Part shown: piece by piece, positions 7,694-16,426 of the stretch
Position numbering within the stretch: position 1 is the first letter of the stretch
Layout: each line of letters opens with the position of its first letter
Virus record (IMG/VR): IMGVR_UViG_3300037466_000352
Length of the DNA: 55,199 nucleotides
Direction: 5' to 3' (one strand)
DNA from: a virus
Taxonomy: Duplodnaviria > Heunggongvirae > Uroviricota > Caudoviricetes
Made by a program: the position numbers and the translations under genes
The notes under the pieces: model-generated
What the model was told of the DNA's origin: nothing
The model's input: the letters and a program-made list of their open reading frames with translations, nothing else
Databases searched by the model: none

Positions 7694-8203
7694 ATGACCA
7701 CAGCATACTTCGACCAGTTCCCCAAGACCTATTATGGTTTTGACAACGTGACAGCGTATCTCGTCACGAACTTCATGGCACGTGTGCAGATGTCGGATCA
7801 ACTGAAGTCGAACGTCATGCTGTACTCGCCATACACCATCATTGACGGCGAGACACCGGAGATGGTTGCGGATAAGGTTTATGGTGATCCGACACTACAT
7901 TGGGTCATTCTTCTGACGAACGAAATCATCGACCCTCGTTACGATTGGTGTCTCTCACAAGAACATCTATACTCGTATTGTCAACAGGTCTATGGATCGG
8001 ACCCAGCACAGGTCTATGGCACTCACCACTATGTTGACCCTAATACCGGCCTGATCGTCGATTCGGATTTCTCTGGTGCGGTGTCGGTGTCGAACTACGA
8101 CTATGAAGATCAGTTGAACGAGAAGAAGCGAGTCATCAAGATTCTGAACCCCTCTCTGGTGAATGAGTTCATCAAAGAATTCAATGCCGCAATGAACGCA
8201 TAA
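7694..8203 (+). CDS. gp53: Baseplate wedge subunit (LysM-like)
   Basis: YF..FP...Y, DGETPEMVADKVYGDPTLHWVILL.N, YEDQLNEKKR.IKIL motifs. Confidence 0.9.
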   Translation: MTTAYFDQFPKTYYGFDNVTAYLVTNFMARVQMSDQLKSNVMLYSPYTIIDGETPEMVADKVYGDPTLHWVILLTNEIIDPRYDWCLSQEHLYSYCQQVYGSDPAQVYGTHHYVDPNTGLIVDSDFSGAVSVSNYDYEDQLNEKKRVIKILNPSLVNEFIKEFNAAMNA

Positions 8204-8205
8204 CC

Positions 8206-8820
8206 ATGAAATCATTCAAACAATTCGTACAAGAAATCGACGCGATCTGCGAAGATACAGACACCGCGTATCGTGGTGAACACGAATCACCAGGACCCGG
8301 TAGTGGCTCTCCCTTACACAACCTGAAGGGCACCTATGACGACGATTTCTATGGTCCTCAAGGTGTCCGCATGTATGGTGATGGTGCGACCTACGACCAC
8401 GAATCGCATGCAGCCATCGCGCGAGTTAGGAATCGCCCTAATGCGACACTCAAGGTGTATCGGGCAGTTCCACACGAACCTACTCATGCAGAAAAGCTGA
8501 ATGCTGCTTACGATGCGCAGAGACATTACATGAAGACCGGTAAGCTGAAGAACATTGGTCACGGCGTCGATAACTACGACAAACTACACGCTCACATCGA
8601 ACATCTCGAAAAGAATCCACCAAAGGAAGGATCAGAACCGCCAAAGGCGAAGATCAATCCGGGCGATTGGGTTAGCGTATCGAAGACATACGCACATGAA
8701 CATGGCCGAGATAATCTGAAGGGTAAGTACAAGGTACTCTCGAAAACCGTGCGGGCCTCTGAAGTATGGACCGATGGAAACTCGATCCATGAACAGGGTT
8801 ATCATCCCAACAAGAAATAA
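8206..8820 (+). CDS. Putative internal head protein: capsid-targeting N-terminus + R-S-E-type ADP-ribosyltransferase-like domain
   Basis: N-terminal MKSFKQFVQE resembles the T4 CTS MKTYQEFIAE; VYRAVP...INPGDWVSVS...TDGNSIHEQGY. Confidence 0.6.
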   Translation: MKSFKQFVQEIDAICEDTDTAYRGEHESPGPGSGSPLHNLKGTYDDDFYGPQGVRMYGDGATYDHESHAAIARVRNRPNATLKVYRAVPHEPTHAEKLNAAYDAQRHYMKTGKLKNIGHGVDNYDKLHAHIEHLEKNPPKEGSEPPKAKINPGDWVSVSKTYAHEHGRDNLKGKYKVLSKTVRASEVWTDGNSIHEQGYHPNKK

Positions 8821-8832
8821 CGGCGTCCATCA

Positions 8833-10209
8833 ATGGCAAACGAAACAGTCAAGAACGGCCTTCTGAATGCGGGCGATGTCTCAGTCAACGAAGTCACGTT
8901 GATTTGCACGAACGGCAAGCAGATCGATTTGATGCCGTTCATGATTGAGTTGAACATCACCGAGGACATCTTCGCATCGTCGCTATACGGCAATATCATG
9001 ATTACCGATAGCCTCGGTATCATCGAAGCTGGCCCGATCATCGGCGAAGAGTATATCCGCGTGAACATCAACACGCCGGGTATGGATGCACGCATCTATA
9101 AGACATTCAAGGTCTACAACATCTCGGATCGTGCCGTCATCATCGACGACAAGTCACAGGCTTTCACGCTGCACTTCTGTTCGCCAGAAGTCTTCGTCGA
9201 TACCTATGCGAAAATCTTCAAGACGTTCTCAGGTCGCGCCTCGGATGTTGCCGCTACGCTGTACCAGAACTACCTTCAGACGGCCCGCAACATCGTCGTC
9301 AATGCCGACACCAAGCAGTTCGTCGAATCGGACGATCCCACGCCGCTTACGGTCCTGAATGATACCGACAACACGGTCAAGTTCACGTGTCCCGGCTGGG
9401 GCGCTATGAAGGCCCTTAGCTGGCTTGCATCGAAGTCTATTGCGACAGGTACGAAGTCATCGGACGGCCTCTTCTATGAGACATCACAGGGCTTCTATTG
9501 GGGTTCTGTCGGTTCAATCATCAAAGCGTTCGCGACCAAGAAAGCGGTCGCTGGTGAGTTCTACTATTCACCGAACAACATCCGCGTTCACGAAGGCCCG
9601 GTTGTCGTCAATGGCGTGCAATACACTGTTCCGAATCTAGCTCGATCCTTCAAGATCATGGAAGACTTCAAGGTGGTTGATTCATTCAACACGCTGAAGT
9701 CGAACCAACAGGGCTACTATGCGAACCAAGTGTTGACGGTTGACCTCACACACAAATCGTACAAGTACAACAACTTCGACTACGTGACGCAGTTCGGCAA
9801 CTATCCGCACATGGACAAGTATCCGCCGTTCACAACGACACAGTTCCGCAACCCACAGATGGTCACGCAGGTTGCGTTCCAGTCGCCGGGGTTGTTTGAT
9901 AACGCGAGCGGAAATATCAGTGAACGTATCGCTGCGATCAAGCAGAATCGGATGTCGTTGCTGTCTGGGTTGTCGAACATCAAGATTGAAGGCACGGTTC
10001 CGGGTCGAACCGATTTTGAAGCGGGTAGTGTGGTCTACTTCGGCATGCCGAAGATGGGTCCGAAGGACGGCACGGATGCAACGGAAGAATTCGACGAGTA
10101 CATGTCTGGACTCTATCTGGTCAGTTGTGTACGCCACAAGATCAATCTGCAACGTCACGATATGATCCTCGAATTGGTCAAGGATTCATTCGATAATGCT
10201 ATTCACTGA
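8833..10209 (+). CDS. gp27: Baseplate hub protein (gp27-like)
   Basis: IELNITEDIF.S.LYG.I.I.DS.G..E..PI.GEE, LFYET..GFYW, VPGRTDFEAG.VV, YMSGLYLV..VRH motifs; position before PAAR/gp5. Confidence 0.7.
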   Translation: MANETVKNGLLNAGDVSVNEVTLICTNGKQIDLMPFMIELNITEDIFASSLYGNIMITDSLGIIEAGPIIGEEYIRVNINTPGMDARIYKTFKVYNISDRAVIIDDKSQAFTLHFCSPEVFVDTYAKIFKTFSGRASDVAATLYQNYLQTARNIVVNADTKQFVESDDPTPLTVLNDTDNTVKFTCPGWGAMKALSWLASKSIATGTKSSDGLFYETSQGFYWGSVGSIIKAFATKKAVAGEFYYSPNNIRVHEGPVVVNGVQYTVPNLARSFKIMEDFKVVDSFNTLKSNQQGYYANQVLTVDLTHKSYKYNNFDYVTQFGNYPHMDKYPPFTTTQFRNPQMVTQVAFQSPGLFDNASGNISERIAAIKQNRMSLLSGLSNIKIEGTVPGRTDFEAGSVVYFGMPKMGPKDGTDATEEFDEYMSGLYLVSCVRHKINLQRHDMILELVKDSFDNAIH

Positions 10210-10217
10210 GACATCAC

Positions 10218-10472
10218 ATGACACGAATCTGTCGATTGAATGACACACATTCCCACGGCGGCAACATCATCACCGCAAGCCAAGATTGCTATCTAGGTAA
10301 CGAACCCATCGCTCGACATGGCGACAAGATTTACTGCAATCAGCACGGCGAACAGACCATCGTTGGAACCGAGAATTCTATCTTCGTCAACGATGCAGAG
10401 ATAGCGCTGGAAGGTGATGTCTGTACCTGTGGCGCTACTCTGATTGCGTCGTTTGACGGGGCTTCGGCCTAA
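10218..10472 (+). CDS. gp5.4: PAAR-repeat spike tip protein
   Basis: RLNDTHSHGG.I, PIARHGD...C..HG, IALEGD.C.CGA.LI; His/Cys metal ligands. Confidence 0.85.
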   Translation: MTRICRLNDTHSHGGNIITASQDCYLGNEPIARHGDKIYCNQHGEQTIVGTENSIFVNDAEIALEGDVCTCGATLIASFDGASA

Positions 10473-10654
10473 CCGTAATACCCGTGGTCTTCTCGCTCGA
10501 CCTCTTTTCCATCTCGATCAAAGTAGGTGGTGGTCGCGCGGTCATAATATGATCCCTCGAAGTAGACCGATTTGAACGGGCCACGCTCGGGAAACTTCAT
10601 CGCCAAATATCGACCCATGTAGCTACTCGGGTCAACGTCTCTTCGCATGCTCAT
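10469..10654 (-). CDS. Hypothetical protein (61 aa)
   Basis: Last gene of a tightly coupled minus-strand cluster. Confidence 0.65.
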   Translation of the reverse strand: MSMRRDVDPSSYMGRYLAMKFPERGPFKSVYFEGSYYDRATTTYFDRDGKEVEREDHGYYG

Positions 10655-10860
10655 AATTCATCAACATACTTTTCTTCGAGAAGCGTCAAGAACTTGTCCG
10701 GGTTCACAAAGCTAATCGTCGTTTCATCGCTGTCACCGTGACGAGCGTAATAACATGTCGAAGGTGTCAATACCTTCATCGACTCGGTGCTTTCCTTTAT
10801 CAATTCATAAAGGCTTGTTGGTGTTATCCAGGCCATTCTGTGTTTATCCAAAGTGGACAC
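10651..10860 (-). CDS. Hypothetical protein (about 61-69 aa; start uncertain)
   Basis: ATGA coupling to the downstream gene; GTG 10860 or ATG 10836. Confidence 0.6.
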   Translation of the reverse strand: MSTLDKHRMAWITPTSLYELIKESTESMKVLTPSTCYYARHGDSDETTISFVNPDKFLTLLEEKYVDEL

Positions 10861-11036
10861 CTTGCGTGAAAACTTGAACCCTCTCGGTATTCTCGTTCCA
10901 CGTCAGCGTCAGTGTATTTGCACGTGTATGTGTCTGGGTCGAACATACCAAAATAGACTATCGAGTATGGGTCGCCCCAATCGATATGACAACTCTGACA
11001 GTTTCGACACGTGATCGGGCCACGAAGATAGGACAT
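10824..11036 (-). CDS. Small Cys-containing protein (CRNCQSC; 70 aa)
   Basis: TAATG overlap with the upstream stop at 11036. Confidence 0.65.
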   Translation of the reverse strand: MSYLRGPITCRNCQSCHIDWGDPYSIVYFGMFDPDTYTCKYTDADVEREYREGSSFHARCPLWINTEWPG

Positions 11037-11455
11037 TAGTTCATCAGCCCATAATGATGATCGTTCCACTCGCGAAGCGCTTGATGAAACGCCTCATAGG
11101 CCCGATCACGCTTCTCGTCGTTGCCGAACACCATTGACCCAGAACGAAAGGCACGGTCCTCTTTCGAAGCGCCCAGAAGCCACACACGCTCGGTTTGGAT
11201 GTCCATCACAGATCGCGAAATGACCTCGTATCCGTTGGATGCACGGAACGTATAGAACTCGCCATCGTCGTCACCATACCACGTGATGTTTGGGTCAGGG
11301 TCTTGCCAGATGATGTCGAAGGTAAGACGCTTCGTGGTCTTGACCAACCGATAAGCAAGGTAATCGAGAATGACGAGTTCAGGCGTCTCGTCTGGACCGC
11401 CGTATCGACGGTTGAGTTCGATCTTGTTGATCTTTGACAGTGCTTGACTACTCAT
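11036..11455 (-). CDS. Hypothetical protein (139 aa)
   Basis: Phage-like codon use; start overlaps the upstream gene end. Confidence 0.75.
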   Translation of the reverse strand: MSSQALSKINKIELNRRYGGPDETPELVILDYLAYRLVKTTKRLTFDIIWQDPDPNITWYGDDDGEFYTFRASNGYEVISRSVMDIQTERVWLLGASKEDRAFRSGSMVFGNDEKRDRAYEAFHQALREWNDHHYGLMN

Positions 11456-11630
11456 ACCGCTCACGCTTTTCTTTCTCGTAGTTGGCCCACAACTTCAGGG
11501 CAGCATCAATCGTCTGCGCGTCATATTGTCCAGACAGTCTCATTCTAAGGGTTGCTACTTTTTGAATCTGTTGGTCGCGTGCAATCCGAACGGCAGACTG
11601 TAAGCACGCAAATACGGTCGTGTCCATCAT
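11448..11630 (-). CDS. Hypothetical protein (60 aa)
   Basis: ATGA coupling. Confidence 0.7.
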   Translation of the reverse strand: MMDTTVFACLQSAVRIARDQQIQKVATLRMRLSGQYDAQTIDAALKLWANYEKEKRERYE

Positions 11631-11809
11631 TTCATCAGCAGGTCTGTAAGAACGTCGTCTGCGTTCTTCATGAACGCCACGGATAAAACCTTTGCCGCGT
11701 CGAAGACGTTCATTGCATCCACATCGTCACGGTTCACCAGAAGTTGATTCTCCGTGCTACGGATGTGCGCCTTCGTGTTGTTGATGGCGAATTGGTATAG
11801 CGTCGTCAT
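11627..11809 (-). CDS. Hypothetical protein (60 aa)
   Basis: ATGA coupling on both sides. Confidence 0.75.
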   Translation of the reverse strand: MTTLYQFAINNTKAHIRSTENQLLVNRDDVDAMNVFDAAKVLSVAFMKNADDVLTDLLMK

Positions 11810-12066
11810 AGAAGTTGCTTCCTCATTTCTGCCGTGACTTCGTTGGCGAACAGTTTCGCGGGAGACGTGTCCGTGAGGAACACGCCGTTCAGAATGAACG
11901 CGATGGCCTCTTCGATCCCTTCCCGACGTGCCTGCTCGATCAAGTCATCGACCTTGTTTTTGAGGGCGTGGCGGGCATCGACGCGCGTGCTGAACTGGAA
12001 GTGTGAAGATACGGCGTAGTCGTCGATGTACGGATCGAACTCGATCAGCTTGTCTCGATGTTTCAT
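11806..12066 (-). CDS. Hypothetical protein (86 aa)
   Basis: ATGA coupling. Confidence 0.75.
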   Translation of the reverse strand: MKHRDKLIEFDPYIDDYAVSSHFQFSTRVDARHALKNKVDDLIEQARREGIEEAIAFILNGVFLTDTSPAKLFANEVTAEMRKQLL

Positions 12067-12233
12067 TTCGGTTTCTGCGTGACGATGTAGCCACGCTTCT
12101 TGATGATGTTGTCGATCTTGTCGGGCGTGGACGATGCCAAGATCGTGCCGCTGAACAGTTCAATCAGGTCGTGCATCACGGGGTTCTCGATGCCTTCACG
12201 CTCGATGATGTAGACGGTCAGAGGTTGTGTCAT
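12063..12233 (-). CDS. Hypothetical protein (56 aa, MTQPLTVYIIE...)
   Basis: AAAGGGAG RBS before ATG 12233. Confidence 0.75.
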   Translation of the reverse strand: MTQPLTVYIIEREGIENPVMHDLIELFSGTILASSTPDKIDNIIKKRGYIVTQKPK

Positions 12234-12235
12234 GT

Positions 12236-12421
12236 TCAGGCTCCCTTTACGTGTTTGTTGAGTGCGCGGGCCGCGTCCTTTTCGCCTTCGAGATACAGCC
12301 AGTTGATACATTCGTCCACGTTGTCGAACTGCCGAAGCTTCTTGGCTTCTTCATCCGACAGCATGACGTATTCGAAAGGAAGTTGCCACGCGTGCCACTT
12401 ACCGAAGATGAACGGAACCAT
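12236..12421 (-). CDS. Hypothetical early protein (61 aa)
   Basis: GGGAG RBS; first gene after the 12454-12482 promoter. Confidence 0.75.
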   Translation of the reverse strand: MVPFIFGKWHAWQLPFEYVMLSDEEAKKLRQFDNVDECINWLYLEGEKDAARALNKHVKGA

Positions 12422-12433
12422 GTGCGTCACTCC

Positions 12434-12440
12434 CTAAATA
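12434..12440 (+). promoter_or_regulatory. Late promoter (CTAAATA) for gp5
   Basis: Only late-consensus site upstream of the isolated gp5 gene. Confidence 0.7.
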
Positions 12441-12453
12441 ATCGATAGATGGC

Positions 12454-12482
12454 ATTGTACCCATGTTCGGGACATGTGTCAA
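12454..12482 (-). promoter_or_regulatory. Early sigma70-type promoter for the 10469-12421 cluster
   Basis: TTGACA (12482-12477), 17 nt containing TCCCGAACATGG, TACAAT (12459-12454). Confidence 0.85.
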
Positions 12483-12506
12483 GAACTTTCATCGTTGGGA
12501 ATATTC

Positions 12507-15497
12507 ATGCTGCAATTCTACGTTGGTGTCGTCGAAGACCGTTTTGACCCTATGGAACTCGGGCGCTGTCGCGTTCGGGTCTTTGGTGTTCACACGGACG
12601 ACAAGAACGATCTTCCGACCTCTGATCTGCCGTGGGCACATGCTATGACGCCTATCGTCAGCGCATCGAACTCAGGCATCGGTATGTCGCCGACCGGCAT
12701 CGTGCATGGGTCATGGGTCATCGGCTTCTTCCTCGATGGTGAAGACAAGCAGCAGTTCATGATGATGGGTACGCTGACCGCAATTCAGGCACAGGCGATG
12801 ATTTCGTCTGGCAGTGTTGCTGGCACGACCACACCGACCACGACCACAGTCACACCGACGACAGATCAGACTCCCATCACCAACACGGTATCCGGTACGG
12901 TCGATCCTACCACAGTTCGTCAGCCTACCGGTTGGATGCTCGGCCAGACCTCGAAGCAATACGAATCAGGTTCACGCGGCTGTGGTGCGATCAACAACTA
13001 TCACAACAGCGGTGATCTTGGCGGCGCATCCTACGGTTCATACCAATTCGCCTCGTATCTCCCGGCCACGATGCCGAATGGTAAAGGTCGTCCGAACTCA
13101 TCTAAGTCGCCTGTCAAGAAATATCTGGCCGTGTCATCATATGGTTCTCGATTTTCGGGACTTGAACCGGCCACGTCTGCATTCGACCAAGCATGGACCA
13201 CGTGTGCATCGAGTGATCCAACCGGGTTCCAGGCCGATCAACACGCCTACGTCAAGGCAACCTACTACGACGTGATGATCGGCAACCTGAAGCGTGCTGG
13301 CCTCGATCTAACGCCGTTTGGAGCGGGCGTTCAGGACTTGGTATGGTCCACTGCGGTTCAGATGGGTCCGGCCCGTACATCGGTCTTTCTGACGCCACTG
13401 AAGGGTGTCACGAAGCTTGACGACGTGACGATCATCAATGCGGTCATGGACTACAAGATCGCAAACGTCTCGACACTGTTCTCGCGCTCGTCGGACAACA
13501 TCAAAGCCAACGTTCGCAGTCGCTACGTGAGTGAGAAAAAGGCTCTGTTGGCGCTCGCCTCGCAATACAACAGTGCCGCACAGATTGCCTCGACGCAAGC
13601 CGAGAAGGATGCAGTGATTCCTCCGAAGCCGGTCACGCCGATTCCGTCGAATCCACTGATCCCGAACAGCGTGTCGCAGTTGTTCTCGTCGAACGCACCG
13701 GTCTATACGCCATACACACCGACGAATGATCCGGCCAATAAGGCACTGATCGCGAGCACGGCCACGGGGTTCAGTGATCCTGATGGTGTCTATCCGACAA
13801 GTGATTATGCGAACGAACCAGATACAAACAAACTGGCACGTGGTGTCTATGCTGGCACACCGGCAGAAGACAAATCGCTGAATCGTGCAACGGGTATTCC
13901 GATCACGAACGGAGACACGTTCGATCAGCCGATCAATCCGTTCAACGCGAAGTATCCATACAACAAGGTTTTGCAAACTGAAGCTGGACACGTCGTCGAA
14001 TACGATGACACGCCGGGTTCGGAACGCATCAACATCTATCACACTTCGGGCACATTCACGGAAATTGACGCTATTGGTAATATGACGCGTCGCGTGGTTG
14101 GTTCGGATTATCAAATCACGGACGGGAACGGCTATGTACGGGTCGAAGGTCGCTGTAACATTTCTGTTGGCGGTTCTGCTAACGTGTATGTCAGCGCAGA
14201 TGCCAATATTGAAGTCGATGGGGATGTATCCGTTCAAGCAGGTAACGACATCGATGTATATGCCGCTGGACGCGTCACAGTAAGCGGTGGTGAAGCACTG
14301 GACTTCCGTGGCACCGACGTTTATATCTCGGCAGATAACGACTTCATGGTAACTGCGGGTGGACGATTCAACGTCGAAGCTGGCGGTGCGATGAATCTAA
14401 AGGCCGGTACTGGCATGTATCACGAAGCGGCAACCGAGATGAACATCGTCGGCGGCTCTGGTGTGAACGTACAGGCACAATCGGGCGACATCGATCTGAA
14501 GTCGGACGGAAACATCAACTCGCAATCCGGCAGCGACACCAACGTGTTTGCTGGTGGTTCGGCGAAGGTCTATGGTACATCTTCAGCCCATTTGCGAAGC
14601 GCAGGTATGACTGCAATCGATGGTTCATCGATGCAAATCCAAAACGGTTCATCGGTGGAAGCTGGTGTTGCAGGTTCGGCGCAAGTCGCAGAAGATGCGC
14701 TGTATGGCGAAGCTGGCCTTGATGATACTCGCACCGAATACGACGAGTATTTGATCGATGACGAGTTCCCAACGAACCGAGTTGATCGCGTGGTGTTGTC
14801 GGTGGAGACGCCAGAAGAAGCATCAAATGGTGGGACTGCGACGATTCAATCGCAGTTGGTGAATGAAGGTGTCGCGACGACGGCAGAATTGAATTCGACT
14901 CCGGTCGCACAGACGGCACCTGAGACGAACTATTCGTTGCCGACGACAAGCAAACCGTTCACGGTCGGAAAGACCGATGCGCAACAGATGGCATACATCA
15001 AGACGCTGACGAACATCCCGGCCAACTTCAAGCTGACGCCAAACTTCACGTTGGGTGCGCTGTCTATCAACGCACCGGCACAGCATGATCGACTTGTGGC
15101 GCAATGCAACCTAACCGAAGGTGAGATTGCTGCGAACTTGTATGCTCTGGCAGTGAACGTTCTTGAACCAATCAAGGCAAAGTACCCTAACATGTTCGTG
15201 ACGAGTTCCTTCCGAAATTTCGCACACAACACACTATCGAAATCGGTGTCGCAACATTGTCTTGGACTTGCGGCAGACATGCAATTCACTGGTGTGTCTA
15301 AGTCGGACTACTTCAAGCTGGCTGGTGAACTGCGTTCGCTGTTGCCTGCATATGACCAGTTGTTGCTTGAATACAAGACCACTGGTTCAGGTAATCCGTG
15401 GATTCACATCTCGTTCAACTCGGCGGGAAATCGCGGTCAAGTACTGACGATGTTCAACAACCGGGTTCATAACACGGGTCTTGTTCAACTCGCTTGA
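12507..15497 (+). CDS. gp5: Baseplate central spike: OB-fold, lysozyme-like (VgrG3-C-like) domain, beta-helix, C-terminal peptidase M15 domain (996 aa)
   Basis: FYVGVVEDR.DP..LGRCRVR.FG.H; S..YESG..G.G.I....GD.GG.SYG.YQF; YPYNKV..TE.GH..EYDDTPG.ERI; VTSSFR...SQHCLGLAAD...PWIHISF. Confidence 0.9.
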   Translation: MLQFYVGVVEDRFDPMELGRCRVRVFGVHTDDKNDLPTSDLPWAHAMTPIVSASNSGIGMSPTGIVHGSWVIGFFLDGEDKQQFMMMGTLTAIQAQAMISSGSVAGTTTPTTTTVTPTTDQTPITNTVSGTVDPTTVRQPTGWMLGQTSKQYESGSRGCGAINNYHNSGDLGGASYGSYQFASYLPATMPNGKGRPNSSKSPVKKYLAVSSYGSRFSGLEPATSAFDQAWTTCASSDPTGFQADQHAYVKATYYDVMIGNLKRAGLDLTPFGAGVQDLVWSTAVQMGPARTSVFLTPLKGVTKLDDVTIINAVMDYKIANVSTLFSRSSDNIKANVRSRYVSEKKALLALASQYNSAAQIASTQAEKDAVIPPKPVTPIPSNPLIPNSVSQLFSSNAPVYTPYTPTNDPANKALIASTATGFSDPDGVYPTSDYANEPDTNKLARGVYAGTPAEDKSLNRATGIPITNGDTFDQPINPFNAKYPYNKVLQTEAGHVVEYDDTPGSERINIYHTSGTFTEIDAIGNMTRRVVGSDYQITDGNGYVRVEGRCNISVGGSANVYVSADANIEVDGDVSVQAGNDIDVYAAGRVTVSGGEALDFRGTDVYISADNDFMVTAGGRFNVEAGGAMNLKAGTGMYHEAATEMNIVGGSGVNVQAQSGDIDLKSDGNINSQSGSDTNVFAGGSAKVYGTSSAHLRSAGMTAIDGSSMQIQNGSSVEAGVAGSAQVAEDALYGEAGLDDTRTEYDEYLIDDEFPTNRVDRVVLSVETPEEASNGGTATIQSQLVNEGVATTAELNSTPVAQTAPETNYSLPTTSKPFTVGKTDAQQMAYIKTLTNIPANFKLTPNFTLGALSINAPAQHDRLVAQCNLTEGEIAANLYALAVNVLEPIKAKYPNMFVTSSFRNFAHNTLSKSVSQHCLGLAADMQFTGVSKSDYFKLAGELRSLLPAYDQLLLEYKTTGSGNPWIHISFNSAGNRGQVLTMFNNRVHNTGLVQLA

Positions 15498-15505
15498 CCT
15501 CACCT

Positions 15506-15637
15506 ATGTGACGAGCCGAAGGCGAGTGCGCGAAGCGCCACATGAGTTCCAATCGCCGCTATTGTTCATAGTTGGTGATTATTAAACTTATTTGGCGTCG
15601 CGCTGCGCGCTCCGCACTCGCCTGCGGCTCGAAACAT
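15506..15637. repeat. Long imperfect inverted repeat with GC-rich arms and AT-rich core (candidate origin or structured element)
   Basis: CGAGCCGAAGGCGAGTGCG 15512-15530 pairs with 15613-15631 (1 mismatch); inner arms CGCCA..AGTT/AACT..TGGCG and AATCGCC/GGTGATT. Confidence 0.8.
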
Positions 15638-15955
15638 CGATGTTGACAGATCGATTCGAACCGGTGACTGATGAAGACCAATGATGTCTTCCCCTTCTTT
15701 ACGCTTTAGAGGTAGCGAATGCGTGACAATGGGGACAGCCCGACATATACCTATGTTTTGAACGCAATCGTGGACTACTCCCAAGTGATGTCGGCGTTCG
15801 CGACTTTTATTTTTATTCGACTGCAACACACTAGGTCAGGTATTCGAATGCCAACGGTAGGAGGGTATGCCGTCTCGTTTCTGTTTGTTAGGGTGTCTGT
15901 TCCCTTTCATAGAACCGGCTGTCTACCGGTTCCGTTCTTCTTGACAATTACTTAG

Positions 15956-16426
15956 TCAGTGTAATTTATAGTGTCTTTTCTGTCGAATCTGGTGCTTGCG
16001 CTTTCCCGGTTTCTTCTTATATTCGCGCTTCTCTACAGTTTCGATTGTTTTGGCCTCTTCGTCAGATTCTTCACGTCTGATCGATTCGAGTTCGACCTTC
16101 AGCGCTACATAGACGCGTTGACCTTCTTCACGTAGACTCTTCATCTGGTCGAATGCTTTGGCACGCTCATCGAACGTCAGTTCTTGTGCCTTGGCCTTCA
16201 GTGCCTTCTCTGCACCGGCCCATGTCTTTGCGACGCCGATACACACCGTTACTTCCATGCCATCGTGATCGGACACGTCCGTAGCTACGATATTGAACAC
16301 GTTGCCACTGGTGAGAAATCGCTTGCGCGAATCTCGATACATCTTGCCGTACTCGTCGGTCTTATCTGCGATGATTTTCGCGAGATTGGCGATTTCGATC
16401 CGTAAATCTCTCACAACTTCTTCCAT
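15956..16426 (-). CDS. Hypothetical coiled-coil protein with basic C-terminus (about 156 aa)
   Basis: ORF track 15956..16462; probable ATG 16426 (MEEVVRD). Confidence 0.7.
   Translation of the reverse strand: MEEVVRDLRIEIANLAKIIADKTDEYGKMYRDSRKRFLTSGNVFNIVATDVSDHDGMEVTVCIGVAKTWAGAEKALKAKAQELTFDERAKAFDQMKSLREEGQRVYVALKVELESIRREESDEEAKTIETVEKREYKKKPGKRKHQIRQKRHYKLH

Noticed and set aside
13308-14237. 309-aa antisense ORF within gp5 (T4 has repEA/repEB antisense to gene 5)
   Set aside because: Arg-rich shadow translation with no promoter or RBS seen. It is explained by the codon bias of gp5, although RNA data would be needed to exclude it fully.
15668-15695. CTGATGA followed by a hairpin, resembling a hammerhead ribozyme core
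   Set aside because: The required GAAA after stem II is absent (the sequence continues TCCCC) and no stem I/III partners were found.
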